DNA of 54,776 bases, the filler included, from Catajapyx aquilonaris (lineage: Eukaryota), in NCBI GenBank assembly GCA_000934665.2. It is 2 parts of 2 records of this genome, joined end to end, with 100 filler letters (N's around TTAATTAATTAA, not from the genome) between each part and the next. Parts side by side here need not be neighbours in the genome. Positions count along the whole stretch, not along the records: positions 1 to 27,337 come from JYFJ02005068.1; positions 27,438 to 54,776 come from KZ539279.1. One strand, written 5' to 3'. Each line of letters begins with the position of its first letter. Within the stretch, counting starts at the first letter, position 1. Of this stretch, positions 15,585-28,462 are shown piece after piece. The notes under the pieces are model-generated. The model was not told where the DNA came from. It saw only the letters and a list, made by a program, of their open reading frames with translations, and searched no databases. Both the position numbers and the translations under genes were made by a program.

Positions 15585-16185
15585 GGAAACGCGTTCATTT
15601 GCGGAATTTTAGAGTCACGTGTTATTTCAGATACGTACAGGTTTCGCTGTATATAAATATACAGTGAATCCTGTCCACAACGGACCCTGTGTATAATGGA
15701 AACTTGCCTATTGCGGAATTTTTCTGGTAACTGGCTTATGAAAATTACACAATTTCCGCTATATTCGACGTGGAAATCGTGTACTTTCCATACACAAGTT
15801 GCCAGAAAAAATCCGCAATAGGCAAGTTTCCGTTATCCACAGGGTCCGTTGTGGACAGGTTTTACTTCCCATCTAGCTATATTCAGTGAAATCTGCGCAT
15901 GGCGGAAATACACGGGATGATACAATTTTCCGTAATGAGCAAGTTTCCGCTATATTCGACTCGGAAATCGTGTACTTTACATACGCCCGTTAGCAGAAAA
16001 ATTCCGCAATAGCAAGTTTCCGTTATGTTCATGGTCCGTTATGGACAGGATTCACTCTAGATATATATGTAGTGAAACCTGTCCATAACGTACCCTGAGT
16101 GTTACAAAAACTTGTCAATTGCGGAATTTTTCCGGGAACGGGCGTATGCATAGGACCGTGTCGAATATAGCGGAAACGGCTGATA
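15585..16185. mobile_element. Array of pogo/Tigger-like MITE units
   Basis: Repeated termini TA-CAGTGAA(T/A)CCTGTCC and GGACAGG(A/T)TT(C/T)ACT at ~15650, 15662, 15866, 15884, 16057 and 16070, with shared internal motifs (aagtttccg, ctatattcgac). Confidence 0.7.
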
Positions 16186-16734
16186 TACCGTATAGGCTGC
16201 TACATAATTTTAAAAATGGTTTATTATAGTTGAGATGAGATTAAATGAGTCTCTTACACATCGGGAGTAAAATACACAAGGCCTTACCAGCCTTTCCAGT
16301 CTGTTATAACCGATTTATTATTTTTTTCCAAGCGTTTGAGTCATTAGTGAAATCCTCAACAACATTTACATATCAAGTGCGCATATCATCCATTTTTTGC
16401 TCACTGTGATTAGTGACGCGCTACAATAAATTCTATAGAAAATCACTTGAGGTGAAGAGCGACCTTGAGTTTCTTTGCCATGGGTTATCTACTGCAAGGC
16501 GTGATACAATGCAATGATATGTTGTTGGTTTTCAGTCGGTAATTAATATCGTATTATATATGTATATGTAGCTAATTCATATTCTGGATCTGAAGTGTTG
16601 CCATGCATTATGGTCACCTTCTTCTCTTTTGTAATATTACGAGGATATCGCTGGATCATCCCCTATTTAGTACGTATATTGAACATTTTAAACCGTGAGC
16701 GCTAATTGATTGACGAATTTTCAACCGCGCGGTG

Positions 16735-17245
16735 CATGGTGAAATTATTGCGGTAAATGTGATGCAATTTCTACGATAAATATGGTGCAAAAATTGCACC
16801 ATAAATGAGTCAGATGTTGCACCATGTTTCCCGCAGAAATTGAACCATATTTACCGTACAAACGGTCAAATTTCTGCGGTAAACATGGTGGCATTTCTGC
16901 GCTATTCATTATGCAATATTTGCGGTAAATATGGTACAATTACTTTGGCAATTATGGTTCAATTACTGCTGTAAATATGGTGCAATTCGTAAAGTACATA
17001 TCGTGAATTTTCTACGATAAATATGGTGCAATTTCCACAGTAATTAGGGTGCAATTTCTACGATACATATGGTGCGATTTCCGCGATAATCATGGTGTAA
17101 TTTCTGCGGTATATATAGTGCACTTTCTACGATAAATATGGTGCAATATGTACAGTAAATATAGTGTAAATTGTGTTGTAAATATGGTGCAATTTGTACG
17201 GTAAATCGGGTGCAATTTGTACGATAAATATACGGTAACTTTTTC
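16735..17245. repeat. Degenerate ~22-bp tandem repeat
   Basis: Consensus close to atttctacgataaatatggtgca, roughly 20 diverged copies. Confidence 0.85.
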
Positions 17246-17595
17246 AATAGCTTACATAATTATGTTACACAACGGTCAACAATAATTCCCGTAAACCACT
17301 GTACTTCCACTGGTACTGTACAACTGCACTGTCATGACCGGTCATGACACCATGTAACAGCGTAAGGGAGCAAAAGTATGTGGATTGTGCAATATTATTT
17401 ATTATGTTACTAAATATAAAATCACATAGGCCTACAGGAAATGACGAGCAAAGGTGAATAATACCATAAAATTTTTTATCCAAGCTGACATAAAAAACTT
17501 GCTATTACTGTAGATGGTGTATAAAATGTGACCTTCTCACATCCGTTGTACTGTAGTTGGATTTGGTAATCCCGTATCTTATCGAGTCACACGTA

Positions 17596-18439
17596 CAGTA
17601 AAACTTCTGTAAGTCGAATCTCCATGGGACCGGGAAAAAACTTCGAGTTATAGAAGATTCGAGTTAGAGAAGTTTGGAATTATTTAAGCACCTAACTCTA
17701 TAAGGAAGCCTACCTTTATATCCAGCGACGAAAGGTGTTCAAAACTTAAAAATAACTCACTATCACACTTGCAATGTTCCTCCTTGTTTTGTTGTAAAAA
17801 AAAAACGCCATTGTGGACATTTGCTAACTCTTAAATTCAAGGATTCAATTGTCTCAACAGAGTCAAACACTTCTTTCGGTAAGTCTGGTAGACTTAGATC
17901 AGGAAATTGAGCCTTTCTGTACATGTGGCCTTCTCTCGACCCTTCGGCTGGGAAATGAGAAAATGTTCCGTACTCGCCAACATGAACTTCGACTTAGGGA
18001 GACTGAAAATGCATTGAAATCCCATCGTAAGGCCCTGCCTGCACTTCGAGTTATATGGAGAACTTCCAGTTATAGAAATTCGAGTTAGGAAAGTTTATTT
18101 CCTATTAGTTAACTTCTGTAAGTCGAAGATCTCTATATAAGTCGAATAAAACGATGAGCTTGGTTGATCACAATGTAAAATAATAGGAAATAAACTTCCC
18201 TAACTCGAATTTCTATAACTCGAAGTGCAGGCAGGGTCTTACGATGGGATATCAATGCATTTTCAGTCTCCCTAAGTCCAAGTTCATGTTGGCAAGTACG
18301 GAAAATATTTTCTCATTTCCCAGCCGAAGGGTACAGAGTAGGCCACATGTACAGAAAGGTTCAATTTCCTGATCTAAGTCTACCAGACGTACCGAAAGAA
18401 GTGTTTGACTCGATTGTGACAATTATAGAAGTTTTACTG
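17596..18439. mobile_element. pogo/Tigger-type non-autonomous element with ~250-bp internal inverted repeat
   Basis: TA|CAGTAAAACTTCTGTAA ... TTATAGAAGTTTTACTG|TA; internal arms at 17847-18107 and 18181-18424. Confidence 0.85.
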
Positions 18440-18783
18440 TATTTGCCTTGCCACATTATATGCACAGCAAGCTGACTTTGCTTGTGCAGCAAGAGGATGT
18501 CTTCATGTTGTCAGGCACACTCCAGTATAGTAGGACTGGATATAAACCATCGGGTGCAGTTAGTTCTGGCCACTTTATCCTGGTCTTGAAGCAACCCTTC
18601 ACACAGGCCCCACGTTGAGCAGGTGTACGGGTCTTCAATTATCTCTGGGGACGGAAATGGGAGTTTTAACTGTAACTGTGGGGACATTTTCAAATTGTGG
18701 GGACATTTCTGGCCCCTACAATTGATTTCACCGGTTGGGTCCAGCTTTAGTGGGGACATGTTCCCCCAATTGGGTCTCTTTAA

Positions 18784-21087
18784 CCCTTTAATTGGCAAAC
18801 ATAGAAAGGACATTAGTAAAATTATGTCAGTTGTATTTCGCTACTAAAATCATTCGTATGATATGCTGCAATCGCTCTTTTTTTTTTTTTCATTGTCGCC
18901 TTCCCTGTTTTTCGCTCTGTGCCCCAGGAGGTACATTGCCAATTAAAGGGTTAAGGTACGAAAAAAAGGGCAAACCGTGCGTTTGGTGATGAAAGTATGA
19001 AATTTGGTACAAATGTCCTTGCGACCCTACTCTTCAAATCCAGATATGGTGCCACGCCCGTTTTCGACCAGGAGGCCCCGTCTTTGCGGGTTGGCTACCC
19101 TGCAGCGAGTGAAAAGTCTTTTTATGAGCGAACTATGCTTCTCGGGCTGATATGATCCAAACGAAAGTTGTAGAGAAACATGTATGCTACAAAAAGTTTA
19201 CAGTACCTTTTCCACGTACAGTCCATATTTTCGAAGCTACCGCGACACATACATTGTCATGGAGTTAAGGGACGAAACAATAAGGGTCATCAGTGCACTT
19301 GGTGATAAAAGCATGAAATTTGGTACGAATGTCCTTGAGACCATACTCTTCAAATGCTGATATGGCGCCACTCCCGTTTTGGCCCCGGAGGCCCGTAATT
19401 GCGGATTGGCCACCCTTCAGCGAGTGAAAAGTCTTTTTCAAGTCGGTGTAGCTCCGAAAATACGAACTGTACGGTACTTATCTCCAGAGATGCATTAACA
19501 AATTAGGGATATCACAAGGAAGACAATGACACATGGAATGATATAGTTTATTAAGTATAAGTAGAAGTTAGTAAAAACAACATATTCCCTTGATAAAAAC
19601 ATATGGTTTGATGTAGGTGACACAGGTATCACATAAACCACCGCATATTATGTATTACAAACAGACCTTTCACAATTTCACTCCCATAACAAGTATTCAC
19701 AATAACTTTTTTTTTCACTTCCGTAAGAAGAAGTTACCTACAGATCACTGCTTGTTATGGAAATGAAAAAAACAGTTCCCGTTTTCCAGTAAACACAATC
19801 GCAAGTCACACTTTTGGCACATTACTTTTGTTTTTCCCGAACTGCACAGCCTGCATCTTCCCTTCACCCCAAAAATAGGGAAATGGCCAATCCCATCATA
19901 TCGGATGTCACAGCCTGGTCTTGGAAAAGTGGGTGTCTTTATTTTTTTTTGATGGCTGAGTATGCTGAAGGGATGGTCTACCTCTTTTAGGCTTCCCTGA
20001 CTGAATCAAAGCATTACCAACATCCATGCGGAATTCCTTCAGGCTTACTGCTTTCCTCCCACCTAGAAGTGCCATGTCTCTGCGGTACAACAACCACCCG
20101 TTAATGACTGCCACATCCATCATCTGCGCAAAAATGGTCAAGTACCACCTTCGTTTTTTAAGTCGAGTTCTGTAGAGTGCCACCAACATGTCGGCCGAAT
20201 CTACGCCACCCATGTGTCTGTTATACTCCCTTACCACATTTGGGCAGTTAACTTGAACCCTTTTTTTCTCCTTTTTGCAATATCCCAGGGCTCAACTGAT
20301 GAGCATGAACTTACTAGGAGAACATCCTTGCTGTACAGCCATTTTACTACGGCAATTCCTGCAGCATTATCAACTTTGTATTCAATCGCTCCCCTCCCTT
20401 CTTTTTTCATATCCTTTAGAGACAATTAGCTCACACCCCCTCAGACGATTCTCTCTGTGTTCCCAGGCTGTGCAAGTCCAAATTGTCTTTGAGGTACATG
20501 ATCAGTTCTAGACTGCAAAAGAAATTATCAAAATACACCACAGTCTCCTTCCTATCATCAATCGTTTTACATAGCTGCACCACAACCTTTCCTCCAACAC
20601 CCATCTGCTCTTCCTCTTCTGAGAAATCTACTCCTTCAAAGGTAGAACTTCCAGTGTACAAACTGAAATCATAAATCACCCTTGAATTGGCGATGTCCCT
20701 CCTGGGGTACATAGGCTAATAGCCAACTATTACGATCGTAATATTAGTTTTATGAGAGAACTGAGAGGTTGGTCTGATCACATGCTTCATGCACTCACTG
20801 GAGCTAATTTCATGTCCCTCAAAACCATGTTACGGCCATTTTTTTAAAAAAGTTTCTTACCGGCTGCGAGGCAACTGGTTCTGAAGCGGCCGCCATGTTG
20901 GATTCTTCTTGTGTTTTCATGGTGCAAGCTTTTCCCAACAGTGGCGAAGTACACATGTGAGTTAGTCGAGGTTCGGTGTCAGATGATGGGCATCCATTTT
21001 CGATTTTCGCGCACTTTCTTTCTGGCGGGCCCGTTAAAAATTTTTGAAATTGAATGTCCCTCAGGAGGGCCATTATCAATTAAAGGG
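18784..21087 (-). mobile_element. Defective piggyBac element (PGBD2/3-like transposase remnant)
   Basis: TTAA|CCCTTTAATTG ... CAATTAAAGGG|TTAA. Frameshifted transposase at 20680-19745: DFSLYTG, VYFDNFFCSLEL, KEGRG, KW...V, YNRHMGGVD..D, RWY, INGWLLY, and Cys-rich C-terminus RYDGIGHFP..GRCRLC..CQKCDLRLC..NCF..FH*. The N-terminal half is deleted. Confidence 0.93.
18951..19440 (+). repeat. Direct duplication of a ~314-bp unit inside the piggyBac
   Basis: Units start at 18951 and 19265 (ttaagg.acgaaa...tgaaatttggtac.aatgtccttg...cagcgagtgaaaagtctttt). Confidence 0.85.
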
Positions 21088-23477
21088 TTAAAAACCATTT
21101 ATCTCAGCCTAGGTTACTTAGGGTAGGGTAGGTTAGGTTAGCATAGTTTATGTTAGGACAAACTAGGTTTCAAAAGTTGTGTTAGCCATGTCCCCACAGC
21201 TAATGGCGTGCAAACATGGGTGTGTGTGTGTGTGAAGGGTTGCTTCAAGACTAGGATAAAGTGGCAAAAACCATTTGAGCCCCATAGTAAGTATAAGCGT
21301 AGCATCTTGAGAGGACAAGTTAGTCCCTGGGCCCTTATGCATGCATATTGGTCGGTTGGCTAGTCGTTATTCAAGGTGAGCGTTACAGTAATATTATAGG
21401 TCATGGTTGTGGGAATGTTTTGAGGTGAAGCATGACCGAATGATTATGGCATACTGTTTTTATGACGGACTTTGTAACATCAAGTCTAACTAAGAAATTA
21501 TTTTCGCAATTTTCCAGATATTTCCATCCATTTAGTGATTTGTGTGTTTTAATATACGCGTATATAAGATCAAAAATATTCCATTTTCCCATTTAATTAA
21601 TAATAACACTAATTGGTTTGGGTATAGCGTATAGTGCCGTACCTCGGCTGAGGTTTCTGACACGGACCTTTATTTGCCACAAGGTGTACATTAATTTGAA
21701 CAACGAAGAGCCCTGGTCTGAGGGCGGGGTGACTGGGAGGGGATGTGCAATGTAATGTCGTTGGTATCAGTGCCGTAGTAATCTAGACCTTGGTAAATAC
21801 CGGCGATGCAGGCGGTGTCCACATTCACCTAAGCTCGTGTGACCTTGAACCAAAAAAAATATCCTCATGCGGCGGGCTTCCTCCCCGCCCTTTACCGATT
21901 GTTCACCTAATGCTTATGAAATAGGCCCCCACCCGAAATTTCCTGCCGTCTATTACAACGGACAGTTAAAACTATTACCACATGTGTACCACATGGTGGC
22001 AGCATTTGCCCCCAATGCAAATGCCTGGCCGAAGGTAGTCGCGCCTCTGGTGGAAATAGGTGGAATATCTGTGACAGGATCCTGCTCGATGATGCTTATA
22101 AAATTACCTGCCTGGTGCAGAGCTTATTATTGGTATTAACCACAGTAAGTCCACATCGTACGATTTTAATATTGTTAATTAACCAATAATGTCGGTGGTT
22201 AAGTAAAGTAGAGAGGAGATCATATTTGATCGTCATTTGTCTCAGGACAAATGCGATATGGGGGGGGGGTCATGCGCCTAGTTACGCCGGGTTTAGACTA
22301 ATATGGCCGCGCCCACAATATGACATGTGCAGTTGCCCCTGAGCCGACCCCGTCGCCGACACTGGACGTTCCCTGCCTGCCATACTCGCTCCGTACGGTA
22401 AGTGGGTCAAGGGAATCTTTGCCCTGGTTCTAATGCAATAATTATTAATATCGTATGTAGCTAATTCATATTTTGAATCTGAAGTGTTGGAGAACTACCC
22501 ATGTATTTTTTTTTTCTATGGTCACCTTCTTCTCTTTTTAATATCAGGAGGATATCTCATTGTGGTGAAATATCTTCAAGAGAAGCGGTATTTTGCTCTT
22601 ATGAAAAAAAATGTGGCATTCAAATGACTATGCAGGGTTAACCATTATTTAATTCGCAGCACACCATTACAATAATGCTCCTCACATCCTGGATAAAAAA
22701 ATTCAATTTGTTTGTACGTATTGCAAAACATACTGCAGATTATAAATATAGCTGTTAATATAAGGGGAAAAACGTACTGTAATTGCTGCTTTTTGCTCAG
22801 GTGAGTCTTGTTATCACTATTTCAGTCCTGGGATGCATTGTTATTTTTTAAAAATTTGCAATGCTTTCTTAAAAACAATTCTCACAGTCACGCAACAATA
22901 ATCTCATAATGAGTTTGTTTTGGTTTGTTTTGAAGGACTCATGAGGTATATGAAACATACCTTATGTCCATTGAGTCTTGACCATTTCCGCATTAACACA
23001 AAAAGTTGTCGTTGAAAATGCGCCAAGAAATTCAATTGAAATAAATGTATTCGTATATAGGCAGGAGGTACTTTACAGTACTGTATGTTTTTATTCGTCA
23101 CTTTTCTGGACCAAAATGCAATTTTAAATACATTACTCCACGTTAAATTCAGAAATCTTGTGACAAAGCAAATTGTTTTAGTAACTTATTGGTATATTGC
23201 TAACAGGATGTAAAAAGTAAATATCCAATTAAAAATAGCCAAACAAGGGAATGTGGGAAAATGTCGTCATTTAATTACTGATGCTGTATTGTACAGTCTA
23301 CACATTATTTTTAGTCTGTCAAAACTGTTTGTGTGTAATACTAACTGTTATGTTATGCACATCAGGCTTTGTCAACAGGTGAGGTGGGCTAGTGAAAATT
23401 TTTAAAGTGGGCGCGCGATGTATGACAACATTGTTTTTCTGCACTTTTTTAAAATTTATGAACATGTCATACTCAAA

Positions 23478-23740
23478 TAATTGCACCATATATTATACGC
23501 TCCCAAAACATATTTTCTGTGTAATTTTTCCAATAATTACTGGCGCAATTTCTAGGATAAATATTGTGAAATTTGTACGGTAAATATGGTACAGTTTCTG
23601 CGGTAATAATATGGTGCGATTTATGCTGCAAATGTGGTGCAATTTCTGCATAAATATGGCTCAAATTGCGCGGTAACTCTGGTGCAAATTACGAAGTAAA
23701 TTTGGTGCAATTAGCATAGTAAAAAGGATACAATTTGTCC
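23478..23740. repeat. Second locus of the same ~22-bp tandem repeat family
   Basis: atttgtacggtaaatatggtaca / atttctgcggtaat..atggtgc units, with a short inverted part at the left. Confidence 0.75.
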
Positions 23741-24019
23741 GGGTTAAATATCCATGACGAAGGTGACGTTTTGTCCTGTATAAATATATCCGACAAATGT
23801 CATGTATAAAGCCAGTCATGTATATTTATACATGACCGGGTTTATACAGGAGTCTCAGGAGAAAGAGAGGTGCTTGCAGACAGGCGACGGAACTTGTCCG
23901 ATCCGCCCATAGTCGCCAGTAGGTCCTTATGGTCAGGCTCCAGGAATCTCTCGATGTCACGCTTCTGCATCCTGAAGAAAACACCGGATGTTTGTGTGTT
24001 GTGTGTGTAAGTTGATGAC

Positions 24020-24087
24020 AAAGGTATGCTCACATGTTGAATGTCCAGGTACGTGCTTCGATTCTTCCTGATGTAGTCCTAGGACGG
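24020..24087 (-). pseudogene. Fragment of CD36 exon 6 3' end with its splice donor
   Basis: tatgctcaca.gttgaatgtcca.gta...cgattcttcctgatgtagtccta.gacg matches 13131-13197. Confidence 0.8.
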
Positions 24088-24602
24088 ATGGAAGAACATT
24101 ATTCAGTAAATAATGACGAGTGAATGTTGAAAGACTGACATAATATTTTGTTCCAGCTGACGTCTTGGTAACGGGAGATACTGTACACCAGCTGTATAAT
24201 AAGTGATATTCATGACCATAACTAAGACAATATAAGTATGTGCAATAATCATCCCGTTCAAGTTACCCAATCCCAATCCACTTTATTCTCATCTTGAAGT
24301 AACCCTTCACACACACACATACACACACACTCACCGTGGGGCCTGTGCGAAGGGTTGCTTCAGGACCAGGATAAAGTGACTAAAAGAATTTGAGTCCCAT
24401 AGACATAGTACTATAACCACTCGTGTAATAAAATTGAGTATTAGATATCTCAAGAGCTTACATATGATACACAATACATAATGCCCATAAACCACTGTAC
24501 TTACACTGGAACAACTGCACTATCACGACACCATGATGGTAAACAGCGTAAGGGAGCAAACGTACGTGCATTGTGCAATATTATAATTTCTTATGTTACT
24601 TA

Positions 24603-27337
24603 GGGCGGGTTGCACCGGCTCTCGAAAAAGTAGTCGAAAAGTAGAATATCCCGTTCGGATGACAAGCCGGAAACATTAATAATTCCGGGGCAAGCGTTGC
24701 ACCGCTTCCAAGTTTTCCGGCCGAATAAACAAATCCGGGCCAATTCTGTGTTTTCCCTACCGCTGATGCTACGAGTTCCCGGATTGGCCGCTAGTCGAGG
24801 ACGTCATAAGCGTGACGTCAAAACAAGATGGCGCGGTCCAGTGGTGCTGGTCGAGGTGCTGGCCAGGTGCTGGCACAGAGCACAGCTTGTTGGGGCCTGT
24901 AACTGTGTAAGACCGTGGCTGGGGCAGAAGGTGAAGGTAAGTCGTACCGCCTACACCATAACTAGGCCTGCTGGCTATGTTATACTTGGTCGTGACCTGC
25001 CCTGACCTGTCCATAGGCCATAGCACATGATGGAGGCAGCAGGCGCAGAAGCCGGCACAGATGGTGAAGGGGAGCAGGGGCCGAAATTCCGGTCCAAAAG
25101 AGCAGACGACGCGACGCTCCTAAGTGACCTTGTTCACCGGCACTTGCCGGCACCGTTCGGTGCTGGAAAACAAGATGACTAATGCTGTTAATAACAGAAT
25201 GAAGGAAGACACTTGGAGAAAGGCAGAAGTGGAGTTCAACTCAAGAGGACCTGGAAGCAGCTCAGGTCTGCATATGAATGCCTGAAAAAAAAGAAGCTAA
25301 GTAGCAGTCCCCTGCAGACAAGAGGGAGTTGTACCTAACTGTGTGTACCTTCTCGAAGTCTCCGAGTACCGTCTCTTCAAAGATTTTAAGCATGATAGGC
25401 CAGGCAGGGGCACCGCAGGAAAATTCATTTGATGATGATGGCCCATTACAAGTCGGTATGTACAGCATATTTGCCAATGTGCAAGTTATTGACAGTGCAA
25501 GTACGTATATGTGGCCAGGCTATAGCAATCCATACCTTTTCTTACAGGCACATCAGAATCAGATCCTGTAGCTGCCCCCCTGGTCTTTCACTTTTGAGGT
25601 ATGTACTGCGTGCAACCACAATTTCTGTCCAGTGTCAAGTTAACAATAGGCTGAGTGTATTTTCAAATACAAGGAAGTCATAGGACCATATGCTTTTGAA
25701 GCCTGGAAATGAAATTCGAGGTGGGAGTGCCATCTAAGAATGCTCCCATGAGATTCTTATTATTAATCAGCAGCAGATATCTTATTGGGCAATCCTAGCT
25801 GGCATTATATTTCCATGACACATATGGCCATATGTTGCGTTATTGGACATAAACGTCTCACAAGAATTTTTGTAGCATAATATTAGACTCAGTGTCACTT
25901 GCAATGCTTAATTTATGTCCACAAGGCCATGGTGTCAAGGCTCATGCTACTATATTTGCAATTATTGTAATACAGTACTCCTGTGTTGCTTCAATTTTTC
26001 CAGGATGTACCCCATGATGCAGCAGTACCAAATTTTTTATCTCGTACCCCTCATTTGCAATATAAGTTGCAATGAACAGCTGCCATGTTGCCAACAACAC
26101 ATTTTAGAGCCCAGTAATTTATTTCACAATATTTACAATGATTAGCATAACATCATAACAAGAGTAATGTAACGGCTTGAATTTTCTAATTGAAATGTCC
26201 AATGATGAGGGCCTCCCATTTTGTCTGGGCACCAGCAATAGCAGCAGCAGAGTGGGGATTAGTTGGTGCTGGAGCATCATCAACTTCTTCATATATGGTC
26301 TGCAACCCTCAGCTCCTCCGGTCTTGAATGAATTCTTCCATCTCCAAATCCTGCCATTTCTAGCATAATTCAGCCACTCATCTTCGTCTTCCGAGCTGCT
26401 GCTCTGTTGCCACAAGGCAGTAGCCATAGCAAGAGGAAAGCTTCTTGTACCAAATACCTGTATAAAATATGTACAAGTCAATACGGACACAATGCACATA
26501 TGGCTAATGACATATTCCATAAGCAGTTCTTTCATTTCTCCTTTATAGAGACTACAGGCCTATGTTATATACTGTATGTTTTGTTATGGCCAGAATATTG
26601 TCAACATATTGTGCAGTCAATAAAAATGACATTATCTCTTTATCCATGTTATACTTATGTGAGTGCCAAAAATTATTTTATTGCAGAGTTTTTGTAGTTA
26701 TCAGTTACTTTTACATTACTGAAATGGTAAGTACTCTCACAGCCAAGGAAAGTTGAACTGCCAGAGTTTCTTTAAAATATGATTGGGGCTACCATATGTG
26801 GTGGTGGGCTTGGTGGCAAGTTTTGGTCTATTTCAATAAGTTTGCAGACATAACTGCCGTACCAGTAGGCCTACACATCCTGCACTATAGCAAAATTATT
26901 ACTTGTTAGCTCTGCACATCGCTATGTATTTCTCCTGAATGACTTCATTTATATTTCCTCGTACCTAACTTCTGCTGCCCAAATGCACGACAATAATTTA
27001 TAAATATAATTGGAAGCAATGAGGAATAAGACTAGTGAGTGCTTGCCCTTGAAACATACTTCAGGCCCGAAAAAAAGTGGTGAAATATACGTGTTTTTCG
27101 ATTTTAATTAATTTAAATTAAATTAAACTAAATTCATGCAAATTTATGTGTGCGCAATCATCGCTCACCTGATCTGAATGAACGGGCGGGGAATAACACC
27201 TCCTGCAGGCTTGAATCCTCGGGATCGAACGGGGATAACCTTCGAGGTCAGCGACCGGCGGCCATCTTGAATTTCAGCCACCGAACAACTTTTCGACCCG
27301 AATAGTCACTATTCGGCCCGTTCGGGGTGGGGTAAAA
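24603..27337 (+). mobile_element. Degenerate PIF/Harbinger transposon with Myb/SANT (MSANTD3-like) ORF remnant
   Basis: TTA|GGGCGGGTTGCACC terminus. Remnant peptide at 25160-25295, VLENKMTNAVNNRMKEDTWRKAEVEFNS/RTWKQLRSAYECLKK. Subterminal cgaaaag / cttttcg repeats at both ends. The right end runs into the gap; the transposase is not clearly recoverable. Confidence 0.7.
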
Positions 27338-27437
27338 NNNNNNNNNNNNNNNNNNNNNNNNNNNNNNNNNNNNNNNNNNNNTTAATTAATTAANNNNNNN
27401 NNNNNNNNNNNNNNNNNNNNNNNNNNNNNNNNNNNNN
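27338..27437. other. Assembly gap with artificial linker (44 N + TTAATTAATTAA + 44 N)
   Basis: Exactly 100 bp and symmetric; the 12-mer has stops in all six frames. Confidence 0.97.
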
Positions 27438-28060
27438 TCAATTTATTTATTACGGCCGTATTTCTAATTGTTTTTATAAAACCGACCGGGGTTGTCGCCA
27501 CCTACGATTTTTTCCCCGCCCCCTCGCGCGCGCTTGACCCGTGACTCTGAAACACCCTGTATATTATATTAGCTACTTGATTGAAACCAGAGCCAGTAGA
27601 TGGCTGCGAATGTGGTGCCACCTAGCAGACATTAATTGGCTAGGAAATTATATAACACGATGCAAGATTGAACTTGATTTGTAGGAGATACGAGAGTGTT
27701 AGATGAATTTCGTACTTTTTCGATGTGACTCTGTTCCAGCATTAACTTGTCACAAAGTTATTTCACGGATATTATTTACTGTTTTGACCAATATCTCGGT
27801 CCGTTAGGGTACCGTACCACTCGAAATTATGGGTATCCAAATGAAAATCCAAAGAAATCAGCCGCCGAGGACTTTACGAAGTTAAGGACTTGAACTAAAT
27901 GAACAAAAAAATGACAATGTTTTTCATCATGTTACATTATAAAATGATCAATTTTAGAAAATAATATATCATTATAAAGACGAAAATATGTCTAAAATAA
28001 TGAGTTTGTGGGGTTACTTTGTTACATTTCTGTTTCTCATGTTTAATCTTAATGAAATAG

Positions 28061-28099
28061 CCGCTGTCACAGAGTCCGAATTGAGGGATGACTTTAAAT
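28061..28099 (+). CDS. Candidate 39-nt phase 1-1 exon (xAVTESELRDDFK)
   Basis: tag| acceptor after a pyrimidine-rich tract, |gtaagt donor, open in phase 1. The acceptor is weak. Confidence 0.4.
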
Positions 28100-28462
28100 G
28101 TAAGTATTTTTGTAACGGATATAGTAATCGATATGATCTGCACACGGATATGTAGAGGAATGATGAGGGTACAAAACTCAATAAGACATTTAATGGAAAA
28201 ATATTAAACCGTTTCTGCTGATACGGAAAACCTCGAAAACTGTCGCAAAATAACCACCCTTACGGTACTGTAATGGTGTAGGTTGCACTCTCCAACTTCA
28301 TTTACGACAGATTCGCGATGGCAGCTTAATTACATTATTTTAAGTCTTGCAACGGTGTCATTTCAATTATTTATACGCTGCTAGTTTACTGGAGATGCTG
28401 TTTATTACATGTTTCCATATGTTGAGCACTCTAATGCCGACAGTCTACAAATATAATTATTT

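Larger units (their letters stand above)
18570..21264. mobile_element. Host element with 36-bp inverted arms enclosing the piggyBac; short copy at 24278-24378
   Basis: ccactttatcctggtcttgaagcaacccttcacaca (18570-18605) / tgtgtgaagggttgcttcaagactaggataaagtgg (21229-21264). Confidence 0.75.

Noticed and set aside
16735..17245. CRISPR-like array or coding repeat
   Set aside because: Eukaryotic context; contiguous degenerate units with no unique spacers; the ORFs are repeat translations.
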